DNA of 64,000 nt from Lama guanicoe (GCA_013239625.1 MU054187.1:4041757-4105756), one strand, 5' to 3'; counted from the stretch's first letter, positions 49,073-61,741 are shown. Program-made: numbers and translations. The notes: generated from the sequence alone by a model not told the origin.

Positions 49073-52000
49073 CAAATTACCTGAATTTAACACTTAAGGG
49101 AACTCTTACAAACACAATGTGTAAGTTTTAATATTATTCATCATCCTTAACCTATGAGAGTTTGACTTATGCTATCTCAAAGAACAACTAATATTTATAA
49201 ACCTCGTCGTCCCACAGAATTAATTCATCAGCCAACTTTAAAAGCAATTTTTTAAAAAGAAGCTTCCCTGTAAGCCTTTATCAGTGGTAAATTGGAATGC
49301 AAACACCTGCCAGGCTTTGATGGAACAAAAATAAACAACTTATATGACAAGCACCTCATAAAACCAAAACCTGCTCTTGAAAGGACAAAGTTCAGCTCTC
49401 GGCGACCTCTTAGCAACTGCTAGTCCGAACCCTCCCAGATCTGGGAACTGTTCTGGTTTGATACATCACATTCATACAGTAGTTTCTTAACAGTAAGAAA
49501 TTCCTGATACGGTACCACAAATAAATAGCCGTATTTTAAAATCAAAGTGACTCAGAGCACTCGAACAGACATAATAGCACGCTGAAATGGTTTAAAAGTA
49601 AAATTAAAAAAAAAATCTATCATGGTCTTGCTAATTTAAATTAAAAACCAAAGGATGAAGTATCATTTCAGACCTTACATACACCAAGATGCCAGTTCTT
49701 ATAAAAATGTACTTTAGTTGTAAATGCTAGATTATGCAAAAATAACTTTTTATTCATTTTTTAATGAATTTCCCTAACTCTAATATTAAAAACATTAAAA
49801 TAACTTAAATTTTAATGGCAAAAAGTTCCTGTCTTCCCCGTCTATTAAAAAAAAAAAACTTTTTCCTTATTAACATACAATGCCCTATCATTAAGGCACA
49901 ACTTTTTTTAGGACAAAAATGAAAACACAGATGTGTTTCACACAACAGGTACAAGGCAGTCTTTTTTTTAGGTATATGCTGAAATAAGTAAGTCAGTCTT
50001 AAATTCAACCAAGATCTGAGATGAAACCTCATCACTTCTAACCAGGGCCAGTCAGCACACAGCCAAGGAAAGCCGTTGCAGCTAGATCCCAAACAGCTCC
50101 TGTTTTAAACCTGCCCCATAGGGCCTCTTTCAAGCCGGCACCAAGGAGAGGCACGCTGGGATCTCCTCTGCTGAGGAACAGGGGTGGCACCCCAGCTTCC
50201 TTTACTTATGTTCGGGCCATGAGATATCGCTGTCACCTTCCAAGCCCTGGCAGAACCCAACCTTTGAATGGAACATCCGGGACAGGGCAGTGCCCGCTGC
50301 CCAGAGGGGCCAGGCTTGCTTTGCGCCCTCCCTGGCCACCCTGCCCTGGGCTGTCTTCCTTCCTCCCTGTCCTCTTCTTCGCCACTGTCCCTCTGACTTC
50401 AGTCTGCACAGTATTCAAAGGGAGCACCTAGCCAACGGGAAGAGTCTGCACAATTATTACTCAAAACAGAAACCAAAACGCTTGTTGCTTCATGATACAG
50501 CCAAATAATTCATTTCAGTATTGATTTAAAATCAAGAAAAAAAAACACCTAACACTAAAATTGAGGAAAGGAAACCACTGAATAAAAGACAACACTGACC
50601 CCCTTGTGGGCCCTTCTAACCCCGCCTGACACAGGGGTACAAGCGAGGGAGCTGATGGGGAGAGCAGGCGGATCCAGAAGGCTGATCCAGCCAGCTCTGT
50701 CTTTTCCGCATTTTCATTCTTTGAAGGGTGGGTCAGAAGAAACGCTTTGTGGAAGCTGGATGTGGTGGGTTACACTGGACAATGCAAAGCTGTCTGGTTC
50801 TGAAGGTGATTTTCCTTTCCTTTTGGAGGGTCTTTGAGAAGCAGGGGTCAAGGAGGGCTCCACAGCCCTGTATACAAGACTCAGTTCTAACCAAAATGTC
50901 AGCAGCCCATCGTGGACAAGAAGGCCTATGAGAGAATTTGGGGGAGAAAAGAGGAGCAGGACAAGGGGAACGTGGCTGACGGGCTGGGGACAAGGCAGAG
51001 GCGGGCCGAGCGAGGGGACAGCCGATGCGTCCTGAGGGTGCTGACGTTGGTAAATGTGACGCGGAATAATCAGTCTTACGGGGAAACTGTCCTCTAAGTA
51101 AGGCAAAGATGAGGGAAAAGGAGACCAGGATTTGGGACGGGGAGGGTCACTAAGAGTAACCATTTGAGAAATAATTTTATTTAGGTAATTCTGGGAGATA
51201 CACGTCTCACTTACTCATGACGCTGTTTCACTGGCGTGCTCTGGCACAATAATGTCTTACATAAATAAATATAAACACTGTTCTTCGTACTTATATTAGT
51301 TCTCTATATTGACTTTTAGAAACAAAGTTTCCTTTAAATGAACTTTCTATAAAAGCACTTAAAAATCATTAGTACTATACTGTACCTAGCAAATTATAAA
51401 AATAATGCATTTAACTGTCAGCCAAGATCTCAATTTTTCCACGCAACACAAGCCCTTCACAAAGTCATTATCTACGTGTGGATTAACGAAATTAAAACCA
51501 AAACCAAAGCAATCACGCTTGCTAACACGAACTGGTCCTACTTCTTAATACGCCAGCCCCATTCCCTAAGTTTGACACATTACCATGAGAAAAAACGCTT
51601 ACACACACAACTCTGGGGTCAGCATGTGCCTCTGCTGTCTCTCCTGAGAAAAAGGATTTCGCCATCTTACTGCAAAGTAAAGAGATGAAGTCCCTAATGT
51701 TCTGACCATAATTCCTAAGTCCTGTTTAAATATCCAATATCCCAGCTACCAAAACCTTGAATTTTCATGAGCAAAACCCTACCTGCCGAGGCCACTGCCT
51801 TCCCAGACTTGGGACCAGCTGCTAGAGATTGAGTTGGGACGTGTGCATCACACGACACCCAATTCTCCAGGGAGGAGTAAAGGCCTCTGGGCAGTGGAAC
51901 ATGCAAACCTGAAGCTAGATGCACACTCCACCAGCGCGGGGAACGCTCATTCTTTAGTCAGTTTTACTTCCGAAATAGGTAAATAAATGGAAATTTAACA

Positions 52001-53432
52001 GAGGGTTAAAAACTTTAGAGAAAAAAGAATAGAAAAGAAACCATGAAACCGTAAGAAATCCCTCTCCTTATCGGTGTGTTATGGAATACAAGAAGAGCAA
52101 AGTCGTACGAAATAATGCTGTTGTTCACATGAAGTTTCCAGATGTCACACTGAGAGACATCAGACATCCCAATGGAAACTCACAAGGCACGGTTCCAATT
52201 ACAGTGACACAGTGAACATGGCACAACCTTGCTTCCTGCCAGATTCCGCACACTTGAACAGGAAAAAATAATCAAAAAGTAACTTCAACCTTCATTTTTT
52301 TAATTTGAAGGGAAAATATAAAGTATCTCAAAAGTCACTACTTTGAAAGTTTGGTTAGGTTAGACCCATTTATTAATGGTAAAAGCAACCATGGCAAAAA
52401 CAACCATAACTCATTCTTGATGAGAGAATCTCTATATACAAACCCGGCAATTTTTTTTAAAAGCACTAAAACAAAGCTTTTGAAAAAAAATGGAAGCTAG
52501 CTCAATTCATGTAATGTCAAGTAACTTTCAGTTAATAATAGAATCATTTACATTTTTATAATGCCTTACAGCATATTTTATCCCTAATGAGAAAATTACC
52601 AAAATTCTAATGCTAACCCTGAAACCGTAACCCAAACCTTACAAGTTAAAGACTAAACATTGGTCAAGAGGGAGAGGATGGAACCATGCACAGTCCTTGG
52701 GGCAAATGAGTCGTCAGCGAGATGTCAGAAACGGTGAGGCCGTGGGTACAGACACACTTTCCTTTATAAAAACAGAACGCACACAGAAATTACAATTACA
52801 ATGCAACCATCGTGTATCTATATTCTCTACTAGCTGGTGAACCTGTTATTAAAATTTCCAAGAAAGAAAAGCAATTTAAGTTTTTCTCTATTTTAATCCA
52901 TAAGAAGTATTCAGTAACACGTAAATAGAGCATTTGTTGCATATTAATGAATGTGTAGCTTCATGTGCTTTCTATCTGAATTATGGGTAAAAACCCCCAA
53001 TATTTTTATTTTCAATGAGAAAGCATTGTAAAGTAATATCAAACATCTACATAAAATCAATCCTTTCTTCAGCCCAATTCTATATGAAAGTACTAACAAA
53101 TAGTGAAGATGTTGTGTGAAAATGGTGACTCACAACAATGTAGAGTCAGCTATACTTTTTAATTCACAAATATATATATATATGCGCCTTGTGTATGACA
53201 ATTGTACGAAAATAGTCTCAAAAATAAAGACAATACTTGAGACACGAAGTGACCCATTTCGCCTGATCCTGCATCCCCTCGCAGGGGAAGGACGTCTCTG
53301 ATGCTTCATAAATACTGTAAGAAGTTCGGGGTGGCCTTAACCATGCAGAGCCTGCACTGATGCTCCGAAGTCCCCAGCGTGTCAGGCTGACCGGCCGGCC
53401 CTGCGGGAGCTGCGAGCGCCAGTCAGCTTTGC

Positions 53433-53704
53433 TCATTTATGTCCTGTCTTCTCCAGGTCTGGGAGTTTTCTGACCAGGGCCTGGTGGTTCATCTTGATGC
53501 TGGCGAGGAGCCCCCCTTCAATGCCGTCGGAGCCGGTGTAGCTGATCTCCTCCCCATTCAGGGTGGTCATATGCCCCCCAAGGGCTTTTAAGATGGCATT
53601 GCCAGCACATATGTCCCACTTTTTGATATATGTCACATGGATATACAGATCAGCCTTCTCTTGACTCTTGTCAGGCACATCCAGGAGTGCTAAAACTTTA
53701 TAAC
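53433..53704 (-). CDS. BPNT2: BPNT2/IMPAD1 terminal coding exon 5 (272 bp of CDS including the TGA stop)
   Basis: (G)[89 protein letters not shown], with the IMPase-family WD-x-AG-x-IL-x-GG signature. Acceptor CTTGTAG (AG at 53706-53705); TGA at 53435-53433. Exons 2-5 sum to 693 nt, a whole number of codons. Confidence 0.97.
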
Positions 53705-54553
53705 CTACAAGACAAGCACAGAATTTAGGTTGCAGTTTGAAAGATTTAAAGAAAGGAGTGCACTGCTTTTAGTACGTTGTTAAAACAACAGCACAGGGTG
53801 TGCAGGAGCTCTCCACGCTACCTTTGCAATTGCTAAGTCTAAAAGTATTTAAAAATGTTTTCTTTAAAAAAAGTAATAATATAGGTATTAAACCCAAATG
53901 AGCAAAAAAATACTTAAAAGTAACTTACTAAGCTACTCTCAAGTATAAACAAATGTTCATCTATAATTTTTCGAATTTAAATCTACTCTGTGGCTGCTTT
54001 CCGTGGGATGACACATTCAGTGAGTCGTTTCCTATGGAACACAATACTGAAGCTAAACACCCACAGGCTTCCTCGAGCGTCTATGAACGCTGGATCCGAA
54101 AAAAGAGAGCACAGAATAATGCTACCTTAAGTCCTTTTCATAAAGAGGCAGAATTTAAAAAATAAAAAAATTAAACAAAACAAACCCAGAAGAAACCAGG
54201 TCTAAAATCTACTTTATCCTGCTCGTCCTGGGAATCTTGGACCTCACCTGTCCTAACTGACCTGACACAGTACAGTTATTTTGAAAGCAGGTCATATATA
54301 TCCCAGCCATCAACGCAGGAATGGCTTCTGTAGTATCAGAGGAACAGAAATCACCACTGTGAGGCTGTTTCTACCAAGCAGGCACTGGCACTGGAATCCC
54401 ACTCTGGAGACGGCCAAGCAGGAGGCCATGCTTGCCTTGAAAGCCCATGGTCCAGTCTCACTTTCTTCCCAAGCAAGGGGCACCCAAAGCCGCTTCCTGA
54501 CCCGGCCCCGGCCATGCCCACTGGACAGGCACCCCAGGGGAGGGGGAACGCAC

Positions 54554-54715
54554 CAGCACCGCCAGCCGGGATGATTGTGGTCTGGTTTCCGAAAGTCTGA
54601 GAAGCCACCTGTTTCACCATTCCAGAATGCGAGCGAGACACGACGATCCTCGGGGTCTTCTCGTTGTAAGAAGTGCGTGCTTTCACATTTGACCCACCAT
54701 CTACCATCGCCCAAG
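54554..54715 (-). CDS. BPNT2: BPNT2/IMPAD1 coding exon 4 (162 bp)
   Basis: (A)[53 protein letters not shown](G), including the SRSH motif and an NQT sequon. Acceptor TTTCCAG (AG at 54717-54716); donor GTGCGT from 54553. Confidence 0.96.
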
Positions 54716-55102
54716 CTGGAAAGCAAATACAACAGCCAGTAACGGCACTGAAGCTCTTAAAACTAGAACTTAAAAGTACCAAGAGTGACTGAAAAAAAAT
54801 CCTTTTCCAAAGAATGACTTGCACGTTTTTCCAAAGCAGAAAGCACAGCTACATTTTTTCCCTGAGTACAAGAGTAGTATGCTTACTGATTTTTTATAGG
54901 CACATATGAAGGCAAAACTGAAAAAAGGGTACGCAATCCTGTCCAGCCAGAAACAGTTGACCGTTAAACACTTGGCTTAACAACCCCCAGCTCCAGCGCG
55001 CCCTGCAGGGGGGGTCCGAGTCTGCACGGGGGCCGCACTGCCACTCAGCTCCTCCCGCCGCCTTCCCTCCCGTCCACGAATCCAGTCCCAAGAGCACTGG
55101 CC

Positions 55103-55206
55103 TATACAGCTCAGTGGCAGAGCGCATGCTTAGCATGCACAAGGTCCTGGGTTCCATCCCTCCAATGAACAAACCAACCAACCTCACTACCTCCTCCTTC
55201 CAAAAT
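55103..55206 (+). mobile_element. tRNA-derived SINE, camelid Vic-1 type (BPNT2 intron 3, antisense to the gene)
   Basis: ACAGCTCAGTGGCAGAGCGCATGCTTAGCATGCACAAGGTCCTGGGTTCCATCCC...AACCTCACTACCTCC; clearly homologous to the copy at 40142. Confidence 0.85.
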
Positions 55207-57599
55207 AGACACCCAGGGGCGCTCTCTAGTAACCCAGTAAGCGTCCTGCACGCCAAGCCCCGCCCCAAGGTCCGCCCCCCGCGCAGCCCAACCTGCGGCA
55301 ACCAGGACATGAGCACGACCGGTGACTCTGCATAATTCAAAATTTAAACCTAGTTTTCTTCCATACTTCTTCTTCTTCTGAAATACTCACGGTTTCAGTT
55401 ACTGGCAAATTGGCTCAAACTCCTAAGGAGCTTTATAAACACGAAACAGCTAAAGAGGAAAGGGAGCTCGGTTTACAAACCTACTGTATCGGAAAGCATA
55501 AGAAGTACCAGATTTCAAGACAGCAGAGAAACTCTCCAGAAGGTGAGGAGGCCCCAGGGATGGCCTGCAATGAAATGCCCTTCTTGCTTTGGAGTTCTCT
55601 TTACCGACGGCCAAACTACACACGAGAACAAACGGACGTGGAATCCCCCACTGGACGGCTGCTCCAGTAGTCACTCCCCATGGGATAAAATGCAGCCCAC
55701 GTGGCTAGCTATGAAGGCAGCTGCATTTGCACTTACGCCTGGCTCCAGAAAAAATTTCAAACCTGTTACAACAGAGTCTGGGTTTCTGAGTTCCCCAAGC
55801 TGACAACAGCCTCTCAGACTCTTCTCACACTACTTTCCAAAAACCACACACAGCACCAAGGAGAACACACACAAACACCCCCACCTGCAACAGTTGTCCA
55901 AAAGCACAGAAAGCAGTCAGCAGAGCAAAACATAAATGAAACACATGAACAAAAGGGACCAGAGTAACAGTGACCCACATGGAAGCCAGTGGAAGAAGAG
56001 TCAACATACACACATTGGGAGTCCAGAAACAGGAAACAAAATGATGGAGCAGAACTAATCTTTAAAATTATGACTTAAGAAATGCCCTTCAAATTAAGAG
56101 GCCATAAATGTCTACACTGAGACATAGTATGTAGACTTCTGCCTCTGAGATCCATCAGAGCTCCACCAGGAGACTCTACAGGTAAGGTTCTCTGGACTTC
56201 CAGGCAGAAAGACCAAGCTACTTACACGGAAAAGAAAAGAAATGTGAATATTGGATCAATTACGGAATAACTGTTCATTTATGACGACATTAATAGCACT
56301 GTCCTTGTCCTTTTAGAGACGCACACTGAAGCGCCCAGGGGTAAAGTGCCACGAGCCCTGTAGTTTCCTTTAGAGCCCACAGGCAAGTGAATAAACAAGC
56401 AAACAGATCAAAGCAAACATACAGAAATGTTGTCATCTGTTAAATCTAGAGGGAGTATATGAAAATTCATTATATCTAAAAACTACTCATAATAAAAGTA
56501 AAATAAGAAATGAGAAACAAAAAAACCCTTTAAATTCTTTTTAGAAATGATCAAAAAAGTTTTATTAAGAAGTGAATTTACCATGTGGTATCTCTAGAGG
56601 TCAGTATTGTCTAAGAGAATAAAGGAAGCACACCTCGACAGAAGAGTGCCAGAGTAAGTTGAGATAAGAATTACTAATTTAGTATTTAAAAAAAACACAT
56701 TTCATGCCATATAAACTCAATAAATTCAGTCATAACATTTATATGGACAAAATTATTTCAAACACTTTAAAAATACAATAGGTGCTTAAATAAACATAAA
56801 TGATGATGGTGAGATAATTGTGATAAGCTAAAAGAACAACAGAATGTGTTTATTTTTATCTATAAGACACATTAAAAAAAAGTCCAGTAGAAAATAAAAA
56901 GTGCTTGTACTTTGTTAGAAAGACTTCAGACATTATAGCAACTTTAATAGCTACATATCTCCACTGAGCGGACACACTACATTTACTTCTACGTTCACAC
57001 ACTACTTCACTAAAAGATATACTATCCAAGTATCTCTTGCTTTGAAGACTTTCACTCAATGAATTAATTCTAATTAAGTCTGATAGAATTCTGATCCGCT
57101 TTTTTCTAACTGCTGCCAACAGTAATACCTAGCTCCCATTCTAGTCGAGTGAAGCTAAATTCTGGTAAACAAACAATACTTGACAGTCTGTACTCTGCCA
57201 ACATCAATATGCAGTTTGGATCTGAAAACAACAGTCCCAAAAGAGGGCACAAGCCAAACCAACCTTGGACCCGGGAAGGGAGGGTCGACCCACATCTAAC
57301 TAAGGATGTACTGACTCTTCTGAGTGTCTGCCGACCAGCAAGCACCTTACGTTCCGCACCCTGGGCAGGTCAGCTGCGTCACTGAAGTCCAGGGCATTTT
57401 ATTACTAACATACTGACATTTTTGGAGCACACCAAAGTTCCTAAGTTAGAGACTTTTGGCTTCTTTATTTTCAAGGAAGTAAGTCTATGGGGGGAAATGC
57501 AAGTTCTTATGGAACAAAGGTTTTAACAACGGGCACTTCATTATACCCATTCTTCCCTCCAACATGAACAGATGTGGAGATCAGGGCCTAAAGAATGGG

Positions 57600-58042
57600 A
57601 CTCTGTCTGCCTCTCTGATACCAGTTTCCTCTGCATTGTCTTTACCCCGGCTCTCATTCTCTTCAGAGCCGCAGGCTCGCTCTGCAGCTAAGTGTGCCAT
57701 GTGACATCTGGACGGTGCCATGAAGCAGAAGGCTTCCAGTTACTCTTTCCTGATACAAAGAATATCTAAGATAGATTTTTTGTGCCTCTTCTTCTCCCTT
57801 TCTTCCTGCCTAGAATCAAGCCATGGTAACCAAAAGCACCCATCTTTGTAAGCATGCAAACAAAATGCCACCTTCTAAGAAAAAAAGCAAAAAGAGGAGT
57901 CAGGTATTTAATAGTATCATAAAGCCACTGAATCGCCCCACCCTTTGGCTGTCTTATTAGGTGAGAAAAATAAAGCCCTTACTTGTTTAACCACTGTAAT
58001 CAGATTTATTTTATATGCAGCTAAAGGCAGTCTTCCCTGACA
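57600..58042 (+). mobile_element. Old MLT1 (MaLR) LTR, BPNT2 intron 3
   Basis: gccatgtgac...gtgagaaaaataaagcccttacttgtttaaccactgt...tgcagctaaaggc...ctgaca. Confidence 0.6.
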
Positions 58043-58479
58043 GAAACAGGCATGAAGGACACTGTCAAAAGGAGAGAGGACTTCAAGACTCAAGCCCTGT
58101 ACTTTAACCTTTACCTGCCTGTTTTCTCTTTTTCATTAAAAGAAAGTCACTGTAATTCCTATTTTATATTCTTTCCAGGGTTATTTTGAGGCTGAAATGA
58201 GATATTTGTCTTTGTCACACAGAGTTATCAAAAGTTTCAAACGAGGTAAGTATATTGCAAGTTGGTACCCAGGGTAGAAGTGGTAGGAACCACGGAGTCA
58301 TTGTTACGAAAGCGGTGTAATACAGCACCTGCACAAAACTGCCGGGGCCGCCGCCGCCTCTGCTGTACCTGGATGACTTTGGGGAATGTATCAGATTCCT
58401 GAGTCATGTTCTCCCTGTAAGCAGGGCACTAACAGGAGCTGCATCAGGTGTAGCAGTACTGCCAAGTTACACCACAACA

Positions 58480-58930
58480 TCCACTGTCCCTGCTGTCCCG
58501 AGCAGCAGAACCCCTGCATTTGAGCTTGGCTGGCCACTGAAAATACAAGACTACGTTTCTTAGCTTCCTTTGCATCTGGGGTCTGGCTACGTTTTGACCA
58601 ACGGGATGTGAGCTGAAGTGATGTGTGCAACTTCCAGGTCAACCCTTGGTGGGAAATGCCCTCCGCGACCCCCTTTCAGCCCCTCCACTGGTGGGGAGTG
58701 GACGGAGCGGGGAGCCGCCCTCAGTCGTGCAGACGAGGGCAACAAATCTCAGTACAGCAGAAAACAGCAATTCGTGAGAATCTGGTACCAAGGAACTGCC
58801 TTGGCCACCCTGGTCTGCTTACATCTAGGCTGTTAGAGAAGAGAGAAATACACTGTCTTGTTCAACCTCCTATATTCTGGTGCATATTATCACAGCAGCT
58901 TAAGTAAGTCTGAACTGTATCCTAATTCAG
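58480..58930 (+). mobile_element. Old MLT1 (MaLR) LTR, BPNT2 intron 3
   Basis: actacgtttcttagcttcctttgca...gatgtgagctgaagtgatgtgtgcaacttccagg...gagagaaatacactgtcttgttcaacc. Confidence 0.65.
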
Positions 58931-59334
58931 TAAGGATTAAAGGAAGTAAGTGAAAGCGGCCCATTACCCATCAAGCAACTACATGATCAAGCTTAAGGCA
59001 CACTACCACGATAATGGCATACAGCTTCTGCAACTCCTCTGTCAACCGAAAAAACAACCTGAATTATGAAAAGGAGTTAAAAGGTCAGCTAGCACAAAGT
59101 AGATCTGGTTTTGAAATGCAGAGCAAATACTCATACATATGTTTAGCCTATCTCAGAGCAGCTAGAATGTGGGTCCAAGGTTATTCTGCAAAGCAAATAA
59201 ATCTAGAGTAATAAAAAATTAACCTTGTCTGCATTTCTCCCCACTTGACAGACAGCATTTTATGCAGTGTCAGCCACACCAATGAGACACAGTGGATAAG
59301 GCTGGAGTGAATGATAAAACCACATGGATGCCTG

Positions 59335-60218
59335 GTGTGTCAGCTTCCGAGGGCACCACATCACCACAAATGCAGCGGCTTACAGTAAGAAATACTTCCT
59401 TTCTCACTTGCTGGAGGCCAGCAAGTCCAAAATCACGATGCTGGCAGGGTTTGTTCCTTCTGGAAGCTCAGAGGGAGAAGCCGATCCGTGCCTCCCTCCT
59501 AGCTTCTGAGGCCACCAGCAGTCCTTGGGGTTTCCTGGCCCACACACAGCACTCCAGCCTCTGCCTCCACCATCACATCCTCTCACATCCATGTGACTGT
59601 GTACTCTGTTTCTTACAGGAAGCTCTCATTGGTTTAAGAACCCTCCCTAATCCGGAATGATCTCACGTTAATACTTCTTTAATGGTGTCTGCAAAGACCT
59701 TATTTCCAAAGAAGGCCATACTCTGAAGTTCTGGGTTGTTATGGGTTGTGTTCCCCCAAAAGATATGCCGAAGTCCTAACCCCCAGAACATCAGAATCTG
59801 ACTTTATTTGAAAATAGGACCATTAGTTATTAGCAGATATAATTAGGTACGAGGAGGTCATGCTGGAGTAGGCTGGACTCTTAACCCAGTATGACTGGTG
59901 TCTTTACACAGACACACAGGGAGAAGGCCATGAGATGACAGGGGCAGACACTGGAGTGTAGTATTTACAGCCAAGGAATACCATGGATCGCTGGCAAACT
60001 ACCAGGAGCTAAGAGAAGAATATGGAAGGATTCTTCCCTGTAGGTTTCAGACAGCACGGCTCTGCCAACACCTTGATTTTGGACTTCTAGCCTCCAACAA
60101 CTGTGACTGACTATATACCTGTTATTTAAAGACACACTGTTTGGTTTTTAATGGTAGCTCTTGGAACTAATACAGGGATGTACGTGAATTTGAAGGAGAC
60201 ATTATTCAACCCACCATA
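59335..60218 (-). mobile_element. MLT1 LTR (host element: 59335-59736 plus 60175-60218), split by a second MLT1
   Basis: ctggaggccagcaagtccaaaatcacg...tctgcaaagaccttatttccaaa...ttctgggt, resuming after the insert as gggatgtacgtgaatttgaaggagacattattcaacccaccata. Confidence 0.75.
59737..60174 (+). mobile_element. Full-length MLT1 solo LTR nested in opposite orientation
   Basis: Begins TGTTATGGGTTG...cccccaaaagatatg, ends ...ggaactaataCA, with internal ctgccaacaccttgattttggacttctagcctcc. Confidence 0.8.
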
Positions 60219-60428
60219 CCTGGTCATGAGGGCTGCTTTCAATACTGGCAAAGTGGATACTGTCACCATCAAGAACTTATCATCTTACAAGAACAATGAA
60301 GTCAAAGGGCCAGAATCCTAGCTGGTGTTTTTGATGGGAGTTACCAGTTAAAACTATGAAGATTTCCTTCAGACTGTCAGCACGGCTGCTCATACCAGTA
60401 CCTGTTCCAGCTCTAGCAGGTTTCTCAC

Positions 60429-60524
60429 CTGTATATTCAGAGAATGGCTTATGTATTACTCCTAGCACAGGTTTCCCATTTACAGCTACACACACCATAG
60501 TAGTGACATACTTTCGAAGATCCT
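60429..60524 (-). CDS. BPNT2: BPNT2/IMPAD1 coding exon 3 (96 bp)
   Basis: (E)DLRKYVTTMVCVAVNGKPVLGVIHKPFSEYT(A). T-rich polypyrimidine tract plus TAG acceptor (60527-60525); donor GTGAGA from 60428. Phase 1 at both ends, matching neighbouring exons. Confidence 0.97.
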
Positions 60525-61578
60525 CTATAAGAAAAAAACAAACAAACAAAATCATTATTAAAATAATTATAGGGTTGAATTTAAAAATCAAGTTTCAAGC
60601 ACTTAGAACAGTCCCTGCACAAGGCATGTGCTAACTAAATGTTATCACTATTATGTATCAAGCCAATTTCAGTCTAAGAAAAACTTTATAAACAAACCTC
60701 TCAATATTCCATATTTCTGTTATCTGTTCCTGCAACATATTGTTTTTTAATTTCAGTTACTCTTAGATACACACATTTAGTGTCTTCTCCTCGTTCGTCA
60801 AGTAATTCCGTACTGAGTGTCTATTTTGGGTCAAATTCACTGCTTTAAGCTCTAGAATACAAAGGTGCAAAAGCAGAAATCCCCACATTCAGAGAACTTG
60901 CCATCTAGAAGGTCGACTACCTAAGCAATCAACTTTTACAAACATGCCAAAAGAACAAAGGGAAACAGAAATTGCCCATCCCCGGGCAAGAAACAAGGCC
61001 TGGGAGAGGACCTACGGAGACTAAGCAGGAGCTGGGACAGGGTAGAAAGAGTAGAGGCAGGAAGTGGGGGAAGGAATTCTCTGTTCTGCTATTTACTTGT
61101 TCTCTGGGTGCACAGGATTCATTATTTTGAATTCCAAGAATAGATAATTATGCAATAAACATAAATTCCTAAAATCACAAGTAAGTATTATATTCTGGCT
61201 ATGTAAATAAATACCTCAAAAACACATACCTCAATATATAAACAAACACTTCAATAAACAGGTGTCCGTAAGAACCATTTTGTTGTTGTGACTCCTAGAA
61301 ACTTCCCTTCACTAAAGAACCAGCGAGGCAGTGAGCCTCTACCACGGAGAGGAGTAAGCCATAACACGGGGGGACGGGATGGTACAGAATACCCGACGCA
61401 CTCCGGGAGTCTCACACTGCACCGCTTCAATCCAGCTCTCTGTCTTAAAACCTAACTGGAAAAGTCGTGTCAGGATGGTAAAACATTTACCACTGTGTAT
61501 GTACCACCCGCCCTCTTCTGGTTCTCTGAGACATAACGGCAATCTGAAGTCTGAGATCAATTTTCACTTTAAAGTTAC

Positions 61579-61741
61579 CCGTATATTCCTGTGTAGCATC
61601 AAGCGGGTCGATCCAGACAGTGACACTCTCTGCTGGCACTTCCTGAGGAGCGGCCACTTCCTTCAGGATGTCCTCGGGGATCTTACGGTCCCACAGGATA
61701 ACCTCCTGATCAGCTGCATCTACATGCTCCTCAGTATTTAT
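61579..61741 (-). CDS. BPNT2: BPNT2/IMPAD1 coding exon 2 (163 bp); exon 1 is outside the window to the right
   Basis: Translates [54 protein letters not shown](E). Contains the inositol-monophosphatase-family metal-binding EE and WIDPLDAT motifs. Acceptor CAG at 61744-61742, donor GTAACT from 61578. Confidence 0.97.

Larger units (their letters stand above)
47855..53432 (-). other. BPNT2: Probable long (~5.6 kb) 3' UTR of BPNT2
   Basis: Continuous, largely repeat-poor and AU-rich stretch after the stop codon, with several minus-strand AATAAA hexamers. An L1 fragment begins just beyond the most distal one. The 3' end is inferred. Confidence 0.65.

Noticed and set aside
53433..53678. ORF-track 81-aa protein starting at 53678, and the extended ORFs around exons 2-4
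   Set aside because: These are pieces of spliced BPNT2 exons. The listed starts are internal or intronic codons, not independent genes.
53433..61741. BPNT2 as a processed pseudogene
   Set aside because: Introns with canonical GT-AG sites, consistent phases and no frame disruptions indicate the functional locus.
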